A program made the position numbers and the translations under genes. From positions 17,124 to 81,123 of the forward strand of contig CAVTBU010000001.1 in assembly GCA_963733035.1 (NCBI GenBank): DNA of 64,000 nucleotides, written 5' to 3'. This document shows, piece after piece, positions 41,997-53,265 of this stretch (the first letter of the stretch is position 1; each line of letters begins with the position of its first letter). The notes beneath the pieces were generated by a model. That model was given only the letters and a program-made list of their open reading frames with translations, was not told where the DNA came from and made no database searches. The DNA is from Pirellulales bacterium (lineage in GTDB: Bacteria; Planctomycetota; Planctomycetia; Pirellulales; PALSA-1355).

Positions 41997-42773
41997 CTAC
42001 TTCTTCGTCTTCGGCGTCAGCACCATCCGTACCCGAGTGCCGACCGGCGGGATATGCTCGGTAAAGGCTTCGTACAGCAGGGCTTCGTTCGACTGGCTGC
42101 TTTCGACCGGCAGGTCGAGCATGGCGGTGGGAAAGTTCGAAACACAGATAAAGTCACCCGACTCGGCCAGGTAGGCCTTCTCGCCAGTTACTTCGTCCTG
42201 CCAAAAGCCGCTGCCGCCGAATACCCAGGGATGCGCAAGCGCTTTGCCAGTCTTGACGTTGCGAACCCAATCCTGGGCTCGGTCGCGGTGAACCTTGCCG
42301 TCTTTGTCGGTCCAAACGAGCTCGATGTCGATCTCGCTTCCCGTGGCCGGCTTATAGTCGGGCTGATACTGTACCGGGGTCCCCGCTTCGGCGCCTACGG
42401 CCAGCAGGCCGGCATGTACGGCATAGGCCCGCGTGTCGGCGGCGATGATTGACTCGTGCTCCTTGGTGCCACGGGGGCAGGCGAACATTTCGAGTTGCCC
42501 CTCCCGCAGGCAGACGGTGCCGTCGACGACGACCCGCTTATGCGCGGGATCGATCCAGACGTCGTAACCCTTCATCAGCCGCTTCATGCCGGCCGGATCC
42601 TTGGAAAGCGAACGTCCGGTTGCCGTCTCTGTCATCGGCTGTTCCGTCGCCGGCGATCCATCGGCCGCGGGCGGTTGCTCTGCCCGGAGCAGCGTCTGGA
42701 CGCCAAACAGCCAGGCAAAAATGCCAAACAGGACGGCCAGACAAATCAAACGAGGCGACGGCAATCCTTGCAT
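41997..42773 (-). CDS. YdjY-domain secreted protein
   Basis: Signal peptide; motifs LEMFAC..GTKEHES, VHAGLLAVGA, WVFGGS and ICVSNF. Confidence 0.85.
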   Translation of the reverse strand: MQGLPSPRLICLAVLFGIFAWLFGVQTLLRAEQPPAADGSPATEQPMTETATGRSLSKDPAGMKRLMKGYDVWIDPAHKRVVVDGTVCLREGQLEMFACPRGTKEHESIIAADTRAYAVHAGLLAVGAEAGTPVQYQPDYKPATGSEIDIELVWTDKDGKVHRDRAQDWVRNVKTGKALAHPWVFGGSGFWQDEVTGEKAYLAESGDFICVSNFPTAMLDLPVESSQSNEALLYEAFTEHIPPVGTRVRMVLTPKTKK

Positions 42774-42962
42774 GAGGGGCTCGCTGGAAAGAGCTGCAAA
42801 AAAATCGGGGAAGGGACGCGATAAGCAGGCCTCTGATTGCTAAGATACCGACTTGTCGCACCCCCGTCCAATTTGAGGAAAAGGAAGGAGCCACGCTCGG
42901 CACGCTGCACTGGCCGTCTCATTTGACAGCTCTGCACACTCGGGCAGTTCCACTGCAAGAAC

Positions 42963-44762
42963 ATGGCCACGACGACCACCTCGACTAAACGTTCCAAAAA
43001 GAATCGTGCCAGCTTGGCTTCCGGACCAGGCGGCCCGTGGAGCCCCGCGGCTCCCGACCGCGTGCGCGAAAACTACCAGGGCGATTCGAGCGGCGCCGGG
43101 TGGTCGATTTGGAAGAAACATCTCGCCAAGCGTAAAGTCCGGCCGCTGGGCAAACTTTTTCCAGGCCATCAGCCGGCACTGTTTTGGGCTTTGCCCAACG
43201 ATTGCAACGTCGAACCGGCGGTGCGGACCGTCGATTTGCTGCGTCACCCAACGGCCGCCGAGCGAGAAACGGCGGGCTTGGAAAACGCCGCACACTGTTG
43301 GCTTAGCGGGGTCGAGGTGGCCGCCGCGGACACAGCCTTCGCGTTGGATTGCCTGGCCTGGGCCGGGGCATTGCCAAGTTTGGTCCACTACCTGACGGAA
43401 CGAACCTGGTGGAGGCTCTGCAATCGCCTGGTGCAAATTGCCGCCGATGAGCGCCGCGCTGCCGGCCCCTTGGCCGTCCAATTGCTGAACGCCGAATTGC
43501 CGGTGCTGCTTTTATACTGCTTGCCGGAGCTGGCCGAGTGCCAATCGCTGGCTGGCGTTGCCCACCGCACGCTCGAACGAACCGCCATCGAGCCGGTCGA
43601 CGACAATTCGATCGTGCACGGCCAGCGTCTGGATCTGCTGCGCCCGATGCTCGCCAGTTGGACGCGCATCCGGGTTTTGAGCCGCGGGCTGGAAGACAAC
43701 CTCTGGAGCGACGAATCGCTGCAGCAATATTCACGGCTGGTTGAATATTCCCTGCGGTTGTCGCGCGCCGATGGCCGCATCGTTTTCGGTGAGGACTCGC
43801 CTCGCTGGAACAAGCGGCTGCTGAAGACCGCCGTGCGACAGGCAGACCACGGTAAGATCCGCCGCCTCGCGGAGCTAATCGACAGCGGCGACTCGAAGGC
43901 CGTCCCATCGCCTCGCACGCCCCGTCCGCCACTCCAGCTTGAAGCCGCCGGCCTGGCCATCTTGCGGTGCGACTGGCAACGGCGTAGCCCGCAATTGGCG
44001 GTGAACTACAGCGCGCCGAAACTCGTCAGCGAGCTATCTCTCGGCAAGCAAATCATCTGGTCGGGCGCGCACGAATTGGATCTGCGCATCGACGGCCGAC
44101 AGCTCGTCGGCCAGCAGCCCTGGGACCAGATCTGTTGGGAATCCGACGACGAGATCGACTATCTCGAATTGGAACTCGACCTTCCAGACGGAGTCCACGT
44201 TCAGCGGCACATAGCTCTGGCGCGCGAAGATCGATTCCTGCTGCTGGCCGACGCCGTGCTTGGAACTCACACCGGAAAGATCGAATACCGCAGTACGCTG
44301 CCTCTCGCCGCCGGCGTCGACTTCCAGCCGGAAGCAGAAACCCGCGAGGGAACGCTGGTGGCGGCCAAGACGTCGCTGCGCGTGCTGCCGCTCGAACTCG
44401 GCGAGTGGCGTTGTGGATCGACCTGCGGCGCGCTGCAGGCGGCGGACGGACGGCTCGAGTTAACACAGTCGACGACGGGCCAGCGCCTGTTCGCTCCCTT
44501 GTTTGTCGACCTCGCCCCGCGCCGTCAGGCGAAGGAGCTCACCTGGAGGCAACTCACCGTTGGCAAGGATCGTACGGCCGTGCCCCGCGACGAGGCGGTC
44601 GGCTATCGCGTCCAGATCGGGCGCGCGCAGTGGCTACTGTATCGGGCCCTCGGCGAAGCGGCGACTCGCACGGTGCTTGGTAAGAACTTGTACAACGAGT
44701 TGTTGATCGGCCGATTCAACACGGACGGCAAAGTTAAAACGCTGGTGGAAATCGAGGCATGA
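42963..44762 (+). CDS. Conserved hypothetical protein (possibly heparinase II/III-like architecture)
   Basis: 599-aa ORF with host codon usage; helical N-half and beta-rich C-half; ATGA-coupled to yggS. Confidence 0.7.
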   Translation: MATTTTSTKRSKKNRASLASGPGGPWSPAAPDRVRENYQGDSSGAGWSIWKKHLAKRKVRPLGKLFPGHQPALFWALPNDCNVEPAVRTVDLLRHPTAAERETAGLENAAHCWLSGVEVAAADTAFALDCLAWAGALPSLVHYLTERTWWRLCNRLVQIAADERRAAGPLAVQLLNAELPVLLLYCLPELAECQSLAGVAHRTLERTAIEPVDDNSIVHGQRLDLLRPMLASWTRIRVLSRGLEDNLWSDESLQQYSRLVEYSLRLSRADGRIVFGEDSPRWNKRLLKTAVRQADHGKIRRLAELIDSGDSKAVPSPRTPRPPLQLEAAGLAILRCDWQRRSPQLAVNYSAPKLVSELSLGKQIIWSGAHELDLRIDGRQLVGQQPWDQICWESDDEIDYLELELDLPDGVHVQRHIALAREDRFLLLADAVLGTHTGKIEYRSTLPLAAGVDFQPEAETREGTLVAAKTSLRVLPLELGEWRCGSTCGALQAADGRLELTQSTTGQRLFAPLFVDLAPRRQAKELTWRQLTVGKDRTAVPRDEAVGYRVQIGRAQWLLYRALGEAATRTVLGKNLYNELLIGRFNTDGKVKTLVEIEA

Positions 44763-45466
44763 GCCAACTCGCCAGGCGGATTGCCGACAACCTGGCCAAA
44801 GTTCGCGAGCGCATCGCCGCCGCGGCCGAGCGCAGCGGCCGAATTGCCGAATCCGTCACGCTGGTGGCAATCACCAAGTATGTTCCACCGCAGGCGGCCG
44901 CCGCGGTCGTCGAAGCCGGTTGTCACGATTTGGGCGAAAGTCGCCCCCAGGAACTCTGGTCCAAGGCGGCGACGCTGGCCGATTCGACCATTCGCTGGCA
45001 CATGGTCGGACACTTGCAGCGCAACAAGGTCCGCCGCACGCTCCCGCTGATGCACCTGATGCAGTCGATCGACAGCCTGCGTATTTTGGAAGCTCTGGAG
45101 GAAGAATCCCAGGCCCAGCAGCGTTCGCTTCCCGCGTTGCTCGAAATCAACGTCTCGGGCGACGCGACCAAGACCGGCTTACCTCCGGACGAACTTGAAC
45201 TTGTCGTCGAGCGGTCCGCGACGCTCCGCTACGTGGAAATCCGCGGATTGATGGGCATGGCCCGCCTTGAAGGTAACGACGAAACCGCGCGAAACGACTT
45301 CATTCAGCTGCGCAGCCTGCGCGACCGCCTGCAATCGCGGGTCGGCACGAATCTGTCGCTGCGCGAACTCTCGATGGGAATGAGCGGCGACTTTGAAGTT
45401 GCAATCGAAGAGGGGGCCACGATCGTTCGCCTCGGATCGATTCTGTTCGAAGGCGTCGACACATGA
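44759..45466 (+). CDS. yggS: YggS PLP homeostasis protein
   Basis: Motifs LVAITKY, LGESRPQE, WHMVGHLQRNK, LSMGMSGDFE.AIEEGAT and VRLGS. Confidence 0.95.
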   Translation: MSQLARRIADNLAKVRERIAAAAERSGRIAESVTLVAITKYVPPQAAAAVVEAGCHDLGESRPQELWSKAATLADSTIRWHMVGHLQRNKVRRTLPLMHLMQSIDSLRILEALEEESQAQQRSLPALLEINVSGDATKTGLPPDELELVVERSATLRYVEIRGLMGMARLEGNDETARNDFIQLRSLRDRLQSRVGTNLSLRELSMGMSGDFEVAIEEGATIVRLGSILFEGVDT

Positions 45467-45783
45467 TCGCGCTGGAGCCGCATGCCGAGGGAACGATCCT
45501 GCCCGTCCGCGCTCAGGCCGGCGCGCGTCGCAACGGCATCAAGGGCATTCACGCCGGCGCGCTGCAGGTGATGGTCACGCAGGCCCCAGAAAAAGGCAAA
45601 GCCAACAAGGCCATCATCGCCGTCCTTGCGGAATCGCTCAGCCTACGCAAGAGCCAGTTCGAACTGATCTGGGGCGAAACATCACCGCTGAAGCGGTTCT
45701 TGGTGCGTGGCATCGCATCGGATGAGCTGAACGAAAAGGCTTCCGCAGCCATGCGAGCCGGCGACCACGAAACGCTGCCCTAG
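45463..45783 (+). CDS. yggU: DUF167 (YggU) protein
   Basis: Motifs [20 protein letters not shown] and GETS..K; coupled to yggS. Confidence 0.9.
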   Translation: MIALEPHAEGTILPVRAQAGARRNGIKGIHAGALQVMVTQAPEKGKANKAIIAVLAESLSLRKSQFELIWGETSPLKRFLVRGIASDELNEKASAAMRAGDHETLP

Positions 45784-46259
45784 CCGTCGAAGCGAATTTC
45801 GAGAATCTGGAAACTCATCGTTCCCTTGGGCACGGGGATTTCGACCTTTTCACCCTTTTTCTTGCCCATCAGGCCTTGGGCCAGGGGGCTGGTGACGTTG
45901 ATCTTGCCGGCGTCGTAGTCTTCTTCGCCGGCGCCCACCAGAATGAAGATCTCCTCGTCGTCAAAGTCGAGGTCCTTCACTACCACCGTGGCTCCAAAAA
46001 CCACTTCGTCCTTGGGCAGCTTGGACACGTCAACGATGCTGGACCGGGCCAGCTTGTCGCGAAGCAGATTGATCTTGGCTTGCAGCATGCCCTGCGACTC
46101 GCGGGCACCATGATATTCGGCGTTTTCGCTCAAATCGCCTTCGCTGCGCGCCTCCGCAATCCGGGCGGCGGCGGCCGGCATTTCGACTTGCTCCAGATGG
46201 TCCAGTTCGGCCTTGATCTTGTCGTAGCCGACTCGAGTCATGGGAATCAGGTCAGACAT
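45780..46259 (-). CDS. greA: Transcription elongation factor GreA
   Basis: Motifs [15 protein letters not shown] and [11 protein letters not shown]. Confidence 0.96.
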   Translation of the reverse strand: MSDLIPMTRVGYDKIKAELDHLEQVEMPAAAARIAEARSEGDLSENAEYHGARESQGMLQAKINLLRDKLARSSIVDVSKLPKDEVVFGATVVVKDLDFDDEEIFILVGAGEEDYDAGKINVTSPLAQGLMGKKKGEKVEIPVPKGTMSFQILEIRFDG

Positions 46260-46288
46260 AGGTGCACCCAAGCATAATCGTAGAGGCG

Positions 46289-46319
46289 AAAAAAAAGGGC
46301 CTCCTCGAGCGAGGAGACC
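46289..46319 (-). terminator. Intrinsic terminator / attenuator immediately upstream of greA
   Basis: Minus strand reads GGTCTCCTC-GCTC-GAGGAGGCC-C-TTTTTTTT, ending ~30 nt before the greA ATG. Confidence 0.75.
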
Positions 46320-46418
46320 AACTACACCGTGCATTTTGATCGAATCGAGCCGTACTGTAAACCGCGAAATTAGAGGCCACTCACCGACCGCCGCGTGTCG
46401 AATCATGCGCCCGGCTGA

Positions 46419-47141
46419 TCAACCCGCCCCGGGCGTTCGATCTTCGGGCTTGTAGATTAACCGCCCGCAATTTCGGCAGACAATTGCACGCGACATTTGC
46501 AATTCCGAAAGGTTGTTGGGCGTGAGCTGCTGATAGCAGCCGCCGCAAAATTCCCCTTGAACTTCGGCCATGGCGTCCTCGCCCTTGCTTTTGACCAGCC
46601 GCCGATACGTTTCCAGGAAGTCGGCGGGCAGGCCGCTTTCTGCCTGCTGCAGGTCTGCTTCCAGGCGTTTGATATCGTCGTCGACCATGCCCGCCTGCTC
46701 GCGAACCGTCTGCTCCGTTTTGCTAAGCTCGGCCTTGGCCGCCTCGATGTTCTTTTGCTGCTCGTGCATGTGGGCGGCCAGCTCGTCGATCTTTTCCATT
46801 GCCTCCAGAATCTCGTCGGCCAGCACACTGCCGGCCATCTGGTCGGCGGCAATTTGATCCTTGAGGGCCTGGTACTCGCGATTGCTGGCTGCCTGGTTGA
46901 GCTTGACCTTCAGATCCTCGACCTTTTGCTCGCCGGTTTTCAGCAGCAACTGCTTCTGATCGCTACGGACGCGGGCCGCCTTATGCTCACCCTGAAGCCG
47001 GGTGAGTTCCTCGGTTTGCCGTGCAACGTTGGCCTCGCGGGCCTTGATTTGCCTGGGGCCGCGTTCTTTGCGCTCGCGGAGATCCCCTAGTTGTTTATGG
47101 ATTCGGTGCAACTCACGGAGTGCACTCGCACTAACACTCAT
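46419..47141 (-). CDS. Coiled-coil + C4 zinc-ribbon protein (DUF164/CT398-like)
   Basis: Long coiled coil with C-terminal CGGC...CRNCGRLIY; usual position downstream of dnaG-rpoD. Confidence 0.9.
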   Translation of the reverse strand: MSVSASALRELHRIHKQLGDLRERKERGPRQIKAREANVARQTEELTRLQGEHKAARVRSDQKQLLLKTGEQKVEDLKVKLNQAASNREYQALKDQIAADQMAGSVLADEILEAMEKIDELAAHMHEQQKNIEAAKAELSKTEQTVREQAGMVDDDIKRLEADLQQAESGLPADFLETYRRLVKSKGEDAMAEVQGEFCGGCYQQLTPNNLSELQMSRAIVCRNCGRLIYKPEDRTPGAG

Positions 47142-47322
47142 CGGTTTACTTTCCAGGTCTCGGTTTCGAACAAAAGGTGCTGTATTGTATCAGCCCGCCG
47201 GAGATTTCCAGGCAAGAAAACAGGCCGCCGGCTCAAATTAGCCGACGGCCTGGATTTAACGCAAACCAGGTGGTTATCGAAACGCCTGTTGCGGCGGGTA
47301 GACGCCGGGTCCCTGTTGTGCG

Positions 47323-48981
47323 CTACCCCGCCATGCTCGTGAGGAAGCCCTCAAGCTGCTGGCTGCGGACCGGATGCTGGAGTTTTCGCACCGCCTTGGC
47401 CTCGATCTGCCGGACACGCTCGCGCGTGACCTTGAAAATACGGCCGACCTCTTCGAGCGTGTAGGTATAGCCGTCGCCCAGGCCGTATCGCAGGCGAATA
47501 ATCTCCCGCTCGCGATACGTGAGCGTTTTGAGCAGACCTTCGATCTTGTCCTTGAGCATCGCCTGCGTGGCCGTGATGAGCGGACTCTCGGTGCCGCCAT
47601 CTTCGATGAACTCACCGAAGCTGCAGTCCTCGCTTTCGCCCACCGGGCGGTCCAAACTGACCGGATGGCGACCAATGTTAAGCACGCGCCGCGTTTCCTC
47701 GATGCTCAAATCGGCCGCCGTCGCCGTTTCTTCGGTCGTCGGTTCGCGACCGAGTTCCTGCTGTAGCCGCTTGGACACGTTTCGCAGCCGAGACAGCACG
47801 TCGATCATGTGCACCGGAATGCGAATCGTGCGCGCCTGGTCGGCAATCGCGCGCGTGATGGCTTGTCGAATCCACCAGGTGGCATAAGTCGAAAACTTGT
47901 ATCCGCGACGATATTCAAACTTGTCGACGGCCCGCATCAGCCCGGTATTTCCCTCCTGGATCAAGTCCAGGAAACTCAGCCCGCGATTGCGGTATTTTTT
48001 GGCAATCGAAACCACGAGCCGCAAGTTACCACTCGAGAGCTGCCGCTTGACGAGTTCATAGTCGTGATACTGTTTGTCAATCGTGGCGATTCGTTTCCGC
48101 AAACTGGCCGGGCTTTCCAGCGTAACCAGCATCAGGTCGCGCAGTTCCTTGCGAAGGCTCGAACGCTCGTCCTGCAAGGCCGGTTGGCTCTTGAGTTGGT
48201 CGAGTCGCCCGCGAATCGCGTCCATTCGCCGTGAGAGTTCCTTAAGCTGCCGTACCAGCGGTTGCACGCGCCGCGTCCGCAGGCTCAGCTCCTCGACCAA
48301 CGACAGGCACTTGAAGCGATCGCGAATGAACTGTCGGCGGGCGCGCGAGTTCTCGCCCCCCTCGGTGCCCCGGCTGATCAGTTTCTTGAAGTTCGCTCGG
48401 TTCTGATCGAGCAGGTGGTCGAGGGTCCGCAGGTTGTACGGCATGCGGGCCATGATCTGCTCTTTGGTCAACTGCTCGGTGAGTGAAACCTTGATCGTGC
48501 GGTCGAACGGCAACAATCCTTGTCGCACGTCCTTGAGCACCCGTACCGTCGCCGCCAGAGCATAGTTGCAGCCCAGCACGCTGCGACGGAAGCGTTTCCG
48601 CGTGACCTCGATCTTTTTTGCCAGGGCGATTTCCTCGGCCCGCGAGAGGAGCGGGATTTCGGCCATCTGCGTCAGATACATCCGAATCGGGTCGTCGCTG
48701 AGCTTGGGAAGCTCGCGGGCGGGGAGCGGAGCGAGTCCACCGATTTCGCCCTCCTCGATGGTCGCTTCGCTGACGATCGTAAGCGGCGCGACGCCGTTTT
48801 CCGTGGGGACCTCGCTAACTAATTCGATGCCGAGTTCATCGAGGGCAATCAGCAGGCTATCGAGCTTCTCCGGATTAACTGCCTCATCGGGCAAGTAGTC
48901 GTTGACTTCGTCGTACGTTAGATATCCCTGGGTCTTGCCCTTGGCGATCAGTTCCTGCAATTCCGTATTGGAATGGTCCAC
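47323..48981 (-). CDS. rpoD: Primary sigma factor RpoD
   Basis: Region 1.1 ([10 protein letters not shown]), [33 protein letters not shown] and TRERVRQIE; follows dnaG. Confidence 0.95.
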   Translation of the reverse strand: MDHSNTELQELIAKGKTQGYLTYDEVNDYLPDEAVNPEKLDSLLIALDELGIELVSEVPTENGVAPLTIVSEATIEEGEIGGLAPLPARELPKLSDDPIRMYLTQMAEIPLLSRAEEIALAKKIEVTRKRFRRSVLGCNYALAATVRVLKDVRQGLLPFDRTIKVSLTEQLTKEQIMARMPYNLRTLDHLLDQNRANFKKLISRGTEGGENSRARRQFIRDRFKCLSLVEELSLRTRRVQPLVRQLKELSRRMDAIRGRLDQLKSQPALQDERSSLRKELRDLMLVTLESPASLRKRIATIDKQYHDYELVKRQLSSGNLRLVVSIAKKYRNRGLSFLDLIQEGNTGLMRAVDKFEYRRGYKFSTYATWWIRQAITRAIADQARTIRIPVHMIDVLSRLRNVSKRLQQELGREPTTEETATAADLSIEETRRVLNIGRHPVSLDRPVGESEDCSFGEFIEDGGTESPLITATQAMLKDKIEGLLKTLTYREREIIRLRYGLGDGYTYTLEEVGRIFKVTRERVRQIEAKAVRKLQHPVRSQQLEGFLTSMAG

Positions 48982-49100
48982 CTGTCAAATCCTCCCTGGC
49001 ACTGCGGGTGCCCTGTTGACATGAGATGGATCGACGACAGCATACTGAAGCTTCGTGCTCGTTCAGCAGTCGTGCGACCAGCCGGCGATGTTGGTGCATC

Positions 49101-50961
49101 CTACCCTTCCGTGGGATCGGAAATGCCCAGCCGGGATCGTTCTTCTCTAGCCTGTTGCTCGGCGCGGTGGTGTTGTTCGAGCTCCAACAACACGGCCATT
49201 GCATCCTCCTCGGCGAGTTGCCGGTCTTTAAGTGCCTCGGTGCGACCGCGAAGACTCTGTTCTCGCCGCCGGCGCTCGAAGCCGGCCAACACGTCTTGCA
49301 GTCGAGGTTCCGTCTCGGACGACGCTTTCGCGCGACCCGTTTCGTCAAGCTCAACGAGCAACGTTTTAACCACTGGGTCGTCAATCTCCAACAACAGTCG
49401 CTCAAACTCTGGCAAGACTCCACGCGACCACAATGCCATACTCCGCGAGTAGACTTCCCGACACGTCGGGCTGACAAGCTGCGCAGGTTGCACGGCATTC
49501 GCAATTCGCTCGATCGTTTGCGGATCCTGCAGCACGATTTCCAGCAATTCGCGCTCCAGCGGCTCAATTTTTTCGCGCACGCTAGCAGTTGCCTCAACAA
49601 CTTCACGGCGTGACGCGGTTTTCCGCCGTAACTGCGTCATTAACTCGCGGACTTGCCCCTCCGATACGCGAAAATCGACGGCCAGCCGTTGTAAAAACTT
49701 CTCTTCCCTTAACCGATCTTCAACCTGCGTGTCGGATCGCAGGCGCGGCGCCTTGGCGATCGTGGCCACAAGTTGTTCGAGCGCCGCCGTGGCTGCATGC
49801 AAGTCTGCTTGCAGATCGACGCCTTCGGTCGCCGTCTCAAAGGCGTGCTGCAGCGCGTCGGACGCCCGCTCGGTCAGCGCTTGAAATGCCTCGGCGCCGT
49901 GAGCCAGCAGAAAGTCGGCCGGATCGGCGTCGTTGGGCAACGTGAGCACGCGCAAGTCGACGTTCGCCGACACGAACAATTCCAAAACTTCCTTGGCGCG
50001 GCGGCGGCCGGCTTCATCGCCGTCGAGCACCAACACGACACGAATGCGATCGGCATAGCGCCGCAACAATTGAATGTGTCCCGCGCCTACGCGCGGTTCC
50101 CAGCACGGCCACGCAGTTCTCAAAACCAAACTGGTGAGCCACGAGGCAGTCGGTATAGCCTTCGGTGACCAGGGCCACGCCGGTCTTGCGAATCGCATCC
50201 CGGGCGTGATTCAGCCCATACAGCAACTTGCTCTTGGCAAATAGCGGCGTCTCCGGCGAGTTCACATACTTGGCGGCATCGGCGCTCGCCAGTTGAGGCA
50301 AAACCCGGCCGCCGGTCCCCACCGCACGTCCCTGGGGATCGAAAATCGGGAACATCACCCGGCCTTTAAACCGATCGTAGTAGCCCGGGCCTTGGCGACG
50401 GCGACTGATCACGCCAATCTTTTCCAACACGGCGGCCGAGTAGGGCGTTTGACGGGCTCGTTCCAGCAGCCAACTCCATTCGTCGGGTGCAAAACCGAGT
50501 TGGAACTTGCGAATGCTTTCCGGAGTAATGTGGCGATCGGTGAGATACTGCCGCGCCGCTTCGGCAGCCGTGGATTTCAGCAAGTATTCGTGATATTGCT
50601 CATCGACCCAGGCCATCGCCTGGTAGAGCAGGCGTTTGTCGTCAACCGGCGCGCCGCCGCTCGTCTCCTTGAGCGAAATATTCGCCCGATCGGCGAGCAT
50701 TCGCAGGGCTTCGGGGAATTCGACCCCCTCCATCCGCATCACGAAGCTGAAGATGTCGCCGCCGATGTCGCAAACCCAACAGCGAAATGATTGCCGTTCG
50801 GGATTGACTTGCAAACTCGGGCGCGAGTCGTCGTGCCAGGGACACAGCGCCTTAAAGCCGCGTCCCTCGCGCCGCAGCGGCAAATAGCTCCCCACCAAGT
50901 CGACGATATCCGTGGCCTGCTTCACTCGCTCCTTCGTTTCGTAGGCCACGCCAAACGACAC
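49101..50961 (-). CDS. dnaG: DNA primase, split by a 1-nt frameshift at ~50090
   Basis: Motifs CPWHDD..PS, CWVC, DRFKGRVMFPI, KYVNSPET, EGYTD and LDGDEAG..DPAD. Removing base 50090 restores the canonical LGTAL motif. Confidence 0.93.
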
Positions 50962-51098
50962 CAGCATCTCCTTAATGAGGGCCACGCAATGTGACCCGAG
51001 GGACGTTCCGTCAACGCCAAAACCAGATTATAGCCGGTATGGTTTTCAACCGGCAACGTGCCCGGCATTCAGGTCGACCTGGCGCACTTTGTCATAGC

Positions 51099-52262
51099 CT
51101 ACTGGGGCAACCTTGCTGGGCGTTCTTCCACCTTGACGTCCACCGTCAACGGTTTGCCATCGCGAATGATCTTCGCTTCGACGGTCTTGTCGACTTTGGT
51201 CTTGCCGACCAGCAGCGTAAGCTCCGTGGCGTCGCGGATCGGCTGGCCGTCCCATTCGACGACGACATCGCCAGGTTGAATGCCCGCCTTCGAGGCCGGC
51301 GTATCCGGTTGGACTCCGGCAACGAGCGCCCCCCCAATCGAATCAAGTCCCAACTCCTCGGCCAGGTCGGGCGTCAATTCCTGCAACGCGACCCCCAGAA
51401 AACCGCGCACGACTTTCCCGTTCTCGCGCAACCGCTCGTAGACTTCCTTGGCAATGCTGGTGGGAATCGAGAAGCTGACGCCTTGATAGCTGGGGCCGAC
51501 AATCGCGGTGTTGATGCCCACGATCTTGCCGGAAACATCTACCAGCGGCCCGCCGGAGTTGCCAGGATTGACCGCCGCGTCGGTCTGCAGAAAGTCCTGA
51601 TAAGGGCTGGCACCCTGAAAACCACGGCGGTTTTTGGCGCTGATGATCCCAAACGTCACGCTCCGATCCAGACCGAAGGGATTCCCCACGGCCCAGACCA
51701 GCGACCCGTCTTCTAGCGCGTCGCTGTCGCCCCACTCGGCGGCAATCAGGCCGCCGGAGGGAATCTTCAGCACGGCCAGATCCGTCGTTTCGTCGAGCCC
51801 CACGATCTGGGCCGAACGACTTTCGTTGCCGCTCAGATTGACCTGGATCTGCGTGGCATTCTCGACAACATGGTTGTTGGTCAGGATGTAGCCCTGTTCG
51901 TCGACGATCACACCAGACCCCTGCCCAACGGCCTGTTGACGTGACCGCGCGCCAAGCGGCGTGCCGCGAAGATCCAAATTCTGCACGGTGTCAATATGGA
52001 CTACACTGGGCCCGATGGCTTTGGCCACCAGCGTGAACTGTCGCGAAATCTGCGTCAGGGTGGGCGTGGGAAGCTGATCGCGGGCGACTTCCACTTGGGC
52101 CCGCTCGCGGCCGACGGTCATCGCGTAGAAAATGCGCTCCACAAACGTCGGGAGCAACAGGAAAAAGAGCAGGACGGCAAGAAGAGACAACAGCCACGGC
52201 AGCCCGGAACGTCCGCTGGGCGCCACAGTCGAGCGGCTCTCAGGCGGAAAGAATTCGTCCAT
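51099..52262 (-). CDS. HtrA/DegS-like membrane-anchored serine protease with one PDZ domain
   Basis: TM anchor; motifs GSGVI, TNNHVV, DLAVL and QTDAAVNPGNSGGPL; one PDZ. Confidence 0.93.
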   Translation of the reverse strand: MDEFFPPESRSTVAPSGRSGLPWLLSLLAVLLFFLLLPTFVERIFYAMTVGRERAQVEVARDQLPTPTLTQISRQFTLVAKAIGPSVVHIDTVQNLDLRGTPLGARSRQQAVGQGSGVIVDEQGYILTNNHVVENATQIQVNLSGNESRSAQIVGLDETTDLAVLKIPSGGLIAAEWGDSDALEDGSLVWAVGNPFGLDRSVTFGIISAKNRRGFQGASPYQDFLQTDAAVNPGNSGGPLVDVSGKIVGINTAIVGPSYQGVSFSIPTSIAKEVYERLRENGKVVRGFLGVALQELTPDLAEELGLDSIGGALVAGVQPDTPASKAGIQPGDVVVEWDGQPIRDATELTLLVGKTKVDKTVEAKIIRDGKPLTVDVKVEERPARLPQ

Positions 52263-52439
52263 CAGTGGCACTTGGGTCGGAACGCTGGGAATCATCGCCG
52301 CGACGACTCGACCGTGACGATAGGAGGCTGTCGCGAGGGGCATGCACTTGCATCGAGTATAGCAATCGGCGATGCGATGGCCTAGCATTCGCAGAAGGCA
52401 CGGTGACGAACCCTAAGTGATCCTTCGAGTCCGAAAAAC

Positions 52440-53162
52440 TTGCCACCCCCCCTTCCCAAATCGAAGTTCTTTCCGCCGGCCGAACTAGCCGAGCCCGAAG
52501 GCGTCGTGCTGTTTGGCGGCAAGCTGACACCGCAGTGGCTGCTCGACGCGTACGCGCATGGGATTTTTCCATGGCCCATCTTCGACGGCACCGACATCAT
52601 GGTCTGGTGGTCGCCCGATCCGCGAGCCGTGTTCGAATTCGACCGTTTTCATGTCTCCCGGCGGCTGGCGAGAACGTGCCGTGGCGGCCGGTTCGAGGTC
52701 ACTTGCGATCAAGCCTTTTCCGGCGTGATCGAAGGTTGCGCAACGGCCGACGATCGCCGCCACAATACCTGGCTGACGCCGACGATGATCGAAGCGTATG
52801 TGAGGCTCTTCGAACTGGGACATGCGCATAGCGTGGAAGTTTGGAGCGATCGCCAGCTGGTCGGGGGCACCTATGGCGTGACGCTTGGGGGCCTGTTTGC
52901 CGGTGAATCGATGTTTCATCGCGCACGTGATGCCTCGAAGGTGGCCCTGGTACGGCTCGTGCATCACCTCCAAGTCCGCGGCTATACGCTCTTTGACATC
53001 CAACAGTGCACATCCCACACCGCAAGTCTGGGAGCCACCGAAATACCGCGCAGCGATTATTTGCGTCGTCTGGCCGAGGCGCTTCAAACCGAGGTCTCCT
53101 TCGGCAAAGAACTGGCGCCTTGGCCGGGGGACGATGCGTCGGAGGATTCCGCCGCGTCCTAA
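52440..53162 (+). CDS. aat: Leucyl/phenylalanyl-tRNA-protein transferase
   Basis: Motifs AYAHGIFPW, WWSPDPR, GHAHSVEVW, FAGESMF and DASKVAL. Confidence 0.96.
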   Translation: MPPPLPKSKFFPPAELAEPEGVVLFGGKLTPQWLLDAYAHGIFPWPIFDGTDIMVWWSPDPRAVFEFDRFHVSRRLARTCRGGRFEVTCDQAFSGVIEGCATADDRRHNTWLTPTMIEAYVRLFELGHAHSVEVWSDRQLVGGTYGVTLGGLFAGESMFHRARDASKVALVRLVHHLQVRGYTLFDIQQCTSHTASLGATEIPRSDYLRRLAEALQTEVSFGKELAPWPGDDASEDSAAS

Positions 53163-53238
53163 AGGAAACAAGTCTTCGCCGGCCCGGCGCGTGTACACGC
53201 GCCCCTAGCCGACCCAGGGCCCGCGCGGATAGCATGGT

Positions 53239-53265
53239 AAACGGTGCCGGCGTGGCACCGTTTTT
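53239..53265 (+). terminator. Terminator-like hairpin between aat and hslV
   Basis: AAACGGTGCC-GGCGT-GGCACCGTTTTT. Confidence 0.6.

Noticed and set aside
49101..50961. dnaG as a true pseudogene
   Set aside because: Essential gene with both halves intact; a single-base fix restores the canonical motif.
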